This document shows positions 54,224-64,000 of a stretch of 64,000 bases of DNA, piece after piece. The translations under genes and the position numbers were made by a program. Position 1 is the first letter of the stretch; each line of letters begins with the position of its first letter. This DNA is from Vulcanimicrobiota bacterium (GTDB lineage: Bacteria > Vulcanimicrobiota > Vulcanimicrobiia > Vulcanimicrobiales > Vulcanimicrobiaceae), in assembly GCA_963723515.1 (NCBI GenBank), contig CAVRQT010000001.1, positions 89,969-153,968 of the forward strand, read 5' to 3'. Below the pieces are notes generated by a model, which ran no database searches, was not told the origin of the DNA, and saw nothing but the letters and a program-made list of their open reading frames with translations.

Positions 54224-55126
54224 TTGAATCGAACGTCATGGATCGCAACGCTATGCGCTTTTCTAATTAGCGCGAGCGGCTCATACTTGTATCTTTATAG
54301 CAGCGATCATCAAATTGCACCATCTCACATCGCGGTTGAGCGGCAGCCCATACAAGCGCAGGCGCATCAAGCCGCGTTGAAGGGCGCCCCAAACCTCACA
54401 GCTGCACCGCCCCGCGCGCCGGCAGCGCCGCCGCTTTCGGAAGCGGAAAAGGAACAACTGCTAGTCAGTTATTACAACGCGATAAACGGTGGCGATTTTC
54501 AATCTGCGTACGCGTTGCTTTCACCCGCATATCACGCATACCAAAACTATTCCGATTTTGTTGATTCTTACAGCACTAAAGCACGCATTACGATCGATGG
54601 GGTGCTCGACTGGCCGGGTGCGCCAGGTATGGGAATTCGGATTATTGACGCTGAGAGCACTGATAGTGGTTCAGCAGTTAACTACTTCGTGGGCTATTTC
54701 AGATTTGCGTATGATGCCAGCGCGGGGCAGTGGCTAATCGATGAGCGACACCTTACAAAGGTTGCAAGTCGAAACATCGCGCCGCCGGACGACGCTGCTT
54801 CAGCAGACTCAAGTGGCGGCAATAATGGCGACAGCTCCGACGCTTCAGAGAACAGTGCCGCAACAAACGCTGGCCGCCCGGACAGCGCATCTCCAATCGC
54901 CACTGCCGCCCCTGAGAACGCGACGAGCTGCACGCCCGCCACTATAGCTGAGGTGGCGCCGGATGACAGCTACGTCACGCTCGACGGTGGCGCAAAATAC
55001 GATGTCGTAAATATTCCATCCGGGGATTTCCCAATGGGCGGCGGTGATGCAGTCACCATCTGCGTCGGCCAAAGTACGACGATAACAAAGGGCGACCAGA
55101 CGATTCAGGTGAGACCCCATGAGTGA
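54224..55126 (+). CDS. hypothetical exported protein with NTF2-like domain
   Basis: N-terminal TM, Pro/Ala linker, YYNAINGGDFQSAYALLSP...WLID, Ser/Asp-rich linker and a small C-terminal domain. Confidence 0.6.
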   Translation: MNRTSWIATLCAFLISASGSYLYLYSSDHQIAPSHIAVERQPIQAQAHQAALKGAPNLTAAPPRAPAAPPLSEAEKEQLLVSYYNAINGGDFQSAYALLSPAYHAYQNYSDFVDSYSTKARITIDGVLDWPGAPGMGIRIIDAESTDSGSAVNYFVGYFRFAYDASAGQWLIDERHLTKVASRNIAPPDDAASADSSGGNNGDSSDASENSAATNAGRPDSASPIATAAPENATSCTPATIAEVAPDDSYVTLDGGAKYDVVNIPSGDFPMGGGDAVTICVGQSTTITKGDQTIQVRPHE

Positions 55127-56374
55127 TCCTCTCGACGAAACGCGCCTAACAACGGTAGTAAGTCGCCATTCAGGTTATTGCCGGCACTGCGGTACGCCAG
55201 TCAATCAGGGCGCACGGTTTTGTGCCGCTTGTGGGGCAGAAGTCCAGACTAACTACCGCCCGCGGCGAAGCGCGCCTGCAGCGCTTCCATTCGTTCTCCT
55301 GATCGTGGCTTTCGCATTGGGCTTTCCTTCCGGCGTCGCTGCCTATCGGCTTGCTCATCACCAAAACGTTCTCGGGCCTCCGCCGCCAGAAGCTACGCAC
55401 AATCTCGATGCCGCTCAGACCGTGTCACGATTTTATGAAGATCTTAATCGCCATGACTTCAACCAAGCTTATTCACTGCTGTCTTTGAGTCGTCGCGAAT
55501 TAGCTCCATTTTCAACTTGGAAATCGGGATTTGACTCAACGATTGCTCAACATGCAAACGTTTCACCGAGTGGGCGAAATACTTACGCTGTCGACTTAAC
55601 CGCGGTTGATAGAATGCCTGATGGCCAACTAACAACGACCTACGCGGGCTCTTGGACGGTGAAAGAGGATGCTCGGAAGTGGCACCTCGACACTCCGGCT
55701 TTTTCAAAAGTCACATCGACATACTTCGCTGATGCCAAGGCCGGCGATGTAGCGTCGACCTACGCGAAACTAAAACATAGCTTGGCGTTTGTTGCCAACG
55801 ATCGCTCCGAAGGCATCGCGATGGGCACAGCGTTCTGTATTGCGTCCAATGCGACCACTGCGTACTTCTTGACGAATCATCATGTGATCGGCGATGAAGG
55901 TGAAATAAAAGTAGTGCTCTTTGATAAACCCAAGACGGTTCTCGACGGTCGAGTAGTGAAGATCGCGCCCGACCCGCTCGATGCGGCGATCATTGAAGTC
56001 AATGCTGGCGCATTACCGGTGCTGCGTCTTGCAAACGACCTGCCGTCGGAAGGGCGAGCGGTGGCGCTTGCCGGCTATCCCGCTATACAAATCGAACTGG
56101 CGTTACATCAATTGGTCTCGAGCCATCGTTGCACGAGGGCACAGTCAACGCTTTGCCTGACAACGGCAATGTAATTGAGTATGATGCCCAGACAGATCAC
56201 GGCAACAGCGGCGGCCCTTTGTTCGATGCATCTTCTGGAGTCGTCTATGGAATCGCTACTTGGGGCGTACAATCGCCGATGTCCCCAGCCGTGCAGGGAA
56301 ATTTCGCGATTCCGACCGCCCGATTGAGCGCATTCGTTAGTTCCGCAGGCTTAACGCCGCTCTCAAACACGTAG
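55119..56374 (+). CDS. zinc-ribbon + TM + NTF2-like + trypsin-like serine protease (indel near 56110)
   Basis: CRHCG..FCAACG, TM, FYEDLNRHDFNQAYSLLS, catalytic TNHHV / DAAI / GNSGGP. Confidence 0.8.
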
Positions 56375-56507
56375 CGTTCCGCTCTGCCCCCTCCATGGGA
56401 AAGGCTGCCGATGGTGGACACTTGCGTGTCAACTGTCCTCGCGGTGTTTATTGCAGCAGTTGCCATCACCCAGCGGCCCTAAAGCCTACGCTCCAAATTA
56501 ACTGCGA

Positions 56508-56534
56508 GTCACGCTGAGCTTGTCGAAGTGTGAC
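56508..56534 (+). repeat. REP-like palindrome overlapping the soxR 3' end
   Basis: GTCACGCTGAGCTTGTCGAAGTGTGAC; its reverse strand encodes HTSTSSA*. Confidence 0.88.
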
Positions 56535-56973
56535 CAACCTCAAACTCCAGCAATCTTGGCCCCGGCCCTTCCGTAGATAGCACATCCATCGGATTGCGCA
56601 GAGGACAGCTATCCAGCGACAAACAGCCACATCCGATACAGTCGCCAAGCTGATCGCGTAGCGCGACAAGCCGCTCGATCCGCGCATCGAGCTCGCGCTT
56701 CCAGCGATTCGACATCCGCGACCAATCTTTCGCTGAAATATTGCGCTTTGTTGGCAGCGTCGCGAGCGCGTCGCGAATCTCGGCGAGCGAAATGCCGGCA
56801 CGCTGTGCGACTCGGATGATCGCGATGCGCCGCAGCTCCGAACGTTCGAAGCGCCGTTGATTGCCGGCGTTTCGAGCGCTGGTGATGAGGCCTTTGGACT
56901 CGTAGAAGTGGATCGTCGAGACGGCAACGCCGCTGCGCGTGGCGACCTCTCCAACGGTAAGCAAATCGGACAT
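56509..56973 (-). CDS. soxR: redox-sensitive transcriptional activator SoxR
   Basis: MerR HTH ([35 protein letters not shown]) and [2Fe-2S] motif [12 protein letters not shown]. Confidence 0.96.
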   Translation of the reverse strand: MSDLLTVGEVATRSGVAVSTIHFYESKGLITSARNAGNQRRFERSELRRIAIIRVAQRAGISLAEIRDALATLPTKRNISAKDWSRMSNRWKRELDARIERLVALRDQLGDCIGCGCLSLDSCPLRNPMDVLSTEGPGPRLLEFEVGHTSTSSA

Positions 56974-56977
56974 GGTA

Positions 56978-57008
56978 TTGACCTAAACTATACTTGAGGT
57001 TGTACGGT
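56978..57008 (+). promoter_or_regulatory. SoxR-activated promoter with soxbox
   Basis: -35 TTGACC (56978-83), 19-bp spacer, -10 TACGGT (57003-08). CCTAAACTATACTTGAGG (56982-56999) matches the CCTCAAGTTAACTTGAGG consensus at 14/18. Confidence 0.85.
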
Positions 57009-57014
57009 TGCACC

Positions 57015-57598
57015 ATGAACACTTTGTTGAAAGCGGGCCATGTAGCCATTGTCACGGGCGGCTCGCGCGGACTAGGCAAGGCGCTTGCCCGCGAACTGCT
57101 CGCGCGCGGTGTCGACACGATCATCGACAGCCGCGACCTCAAAGCGCTCGACGAGGCCACTGAGGAGCTGCGCCAACTCGGCAACGTCGTTGCTATCGGT
57201 GGCGACGTCAGCGACAAAAACCACGCCCACGCACTCATCGCCGCAGCGCGCGAGCTCGGACGTTTAGACTTGCTGGTCAACAACGCCTCAACACTCGGCG
57301 AGGTGCCACTCCCGCGCGTCGATCAACTCAAACCGTCCACGTTTCAAGACATCTTTAACGTCAACGTCTTCGCGCCGATCCACTTGATGCAGCACGCGAC
57401 CGGTTCATGCGCGAAACCGGCAACGAAGGCGTCATCGTCAACATCACCTCCGACGCCGCCGTCGAGGCGTATCCAACATGGGGCGGCTACGGCGCATCGA
57501 AAGCCGCGCTCGAGCATTTCTCACGCGTCTTCGCCGCTGAACAAGAAGACGAATCGGTGCGCGTGATCGTCGCAGATCCCGGCGACATGAACACGCAG
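57015..57598 (+). CDS. short-chain dehydrogenase/reductase (indel near 57400; C-terminus missing at junction)
   Basis: TGGSRGLG, NNAS, catalytic YGASK and DPGDMNTQ, followed by an abrupt switch to NRPS sequence. Confidence 0.85.
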
Positions 57599-57599
57599 G

Positions 57600-64000
<6,401 letters not shown>

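Noticed and set aside
7925..57598. Many split genes (crp2, deacetylase, GTs, peptide-binding protein, macA/macB, kinases, RND, protease, SDR) as pseudogenes or programmed frameshifts
   Set aside because: Single-base indels are scattered through unrelated, otherwise intact genes with no consistent slippery motif. Long-read consensus error is the simpler explanation.

Overview
High-GC bacterial genomic DNA. The protein families suggest a soil bacterium, possibly Candidatus Eremiobacterota/Vulcanimicrobiota; this is an inference, as no marker gene is present. Many genes carry isolated 1-nt indels, typical of an unpolished long-read assembly. Gene content from left to right: a beta-oxidation operon (acyl-CoA dehydrogenase, FadB/J-type multifunctional enzyme, thiolase) plus fumC; two Crp/Fnr paralogs around a DUF6582-like gene; DUF885, a TMEM175-type channel, UdgX and a polysaccharide deacetylase; a PHI-1/EXORDIUM-like protein; an uncharacterised carbamoyltransferase/GmhB/glycosyltransferase cluster; a peptide-binding lipoprotein; a DUF1326-DUF2182 pair behind a structured leader; an MFS transporter, two serine hydrolases and an aspartyl protease; a MacAB-like ABC exporter with an OmpR-type two-component system; a NarL/Crp/PAS-kinase trio; a VPS10/BNR glycosyl hydrolase; a small di-heme cytochrome b, PadR and an orphan RND pump; a lower-GC island with a trypsin-like protease; and soxR with a soxbox-controlled SDR. 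At about 57600 the SDR stops abruptly and the sequence continues in the middle of an NRPS (dual E/C-A-T-C-A-T), most likely a chimeric join. The most distinctive signal is a REP-like palindromic repeat family (YGTCACRCTGAGCTTGTCGAAG). It clusters at gene 3' ends, supplies stop codons, nests inside itself, brackets the low-GC island, and occurs as two in-frame 24-nt (8-aa) units inside the FadB/J coding sequence. No rRNA, tRNA, CRISPR array or transposase was recognised.
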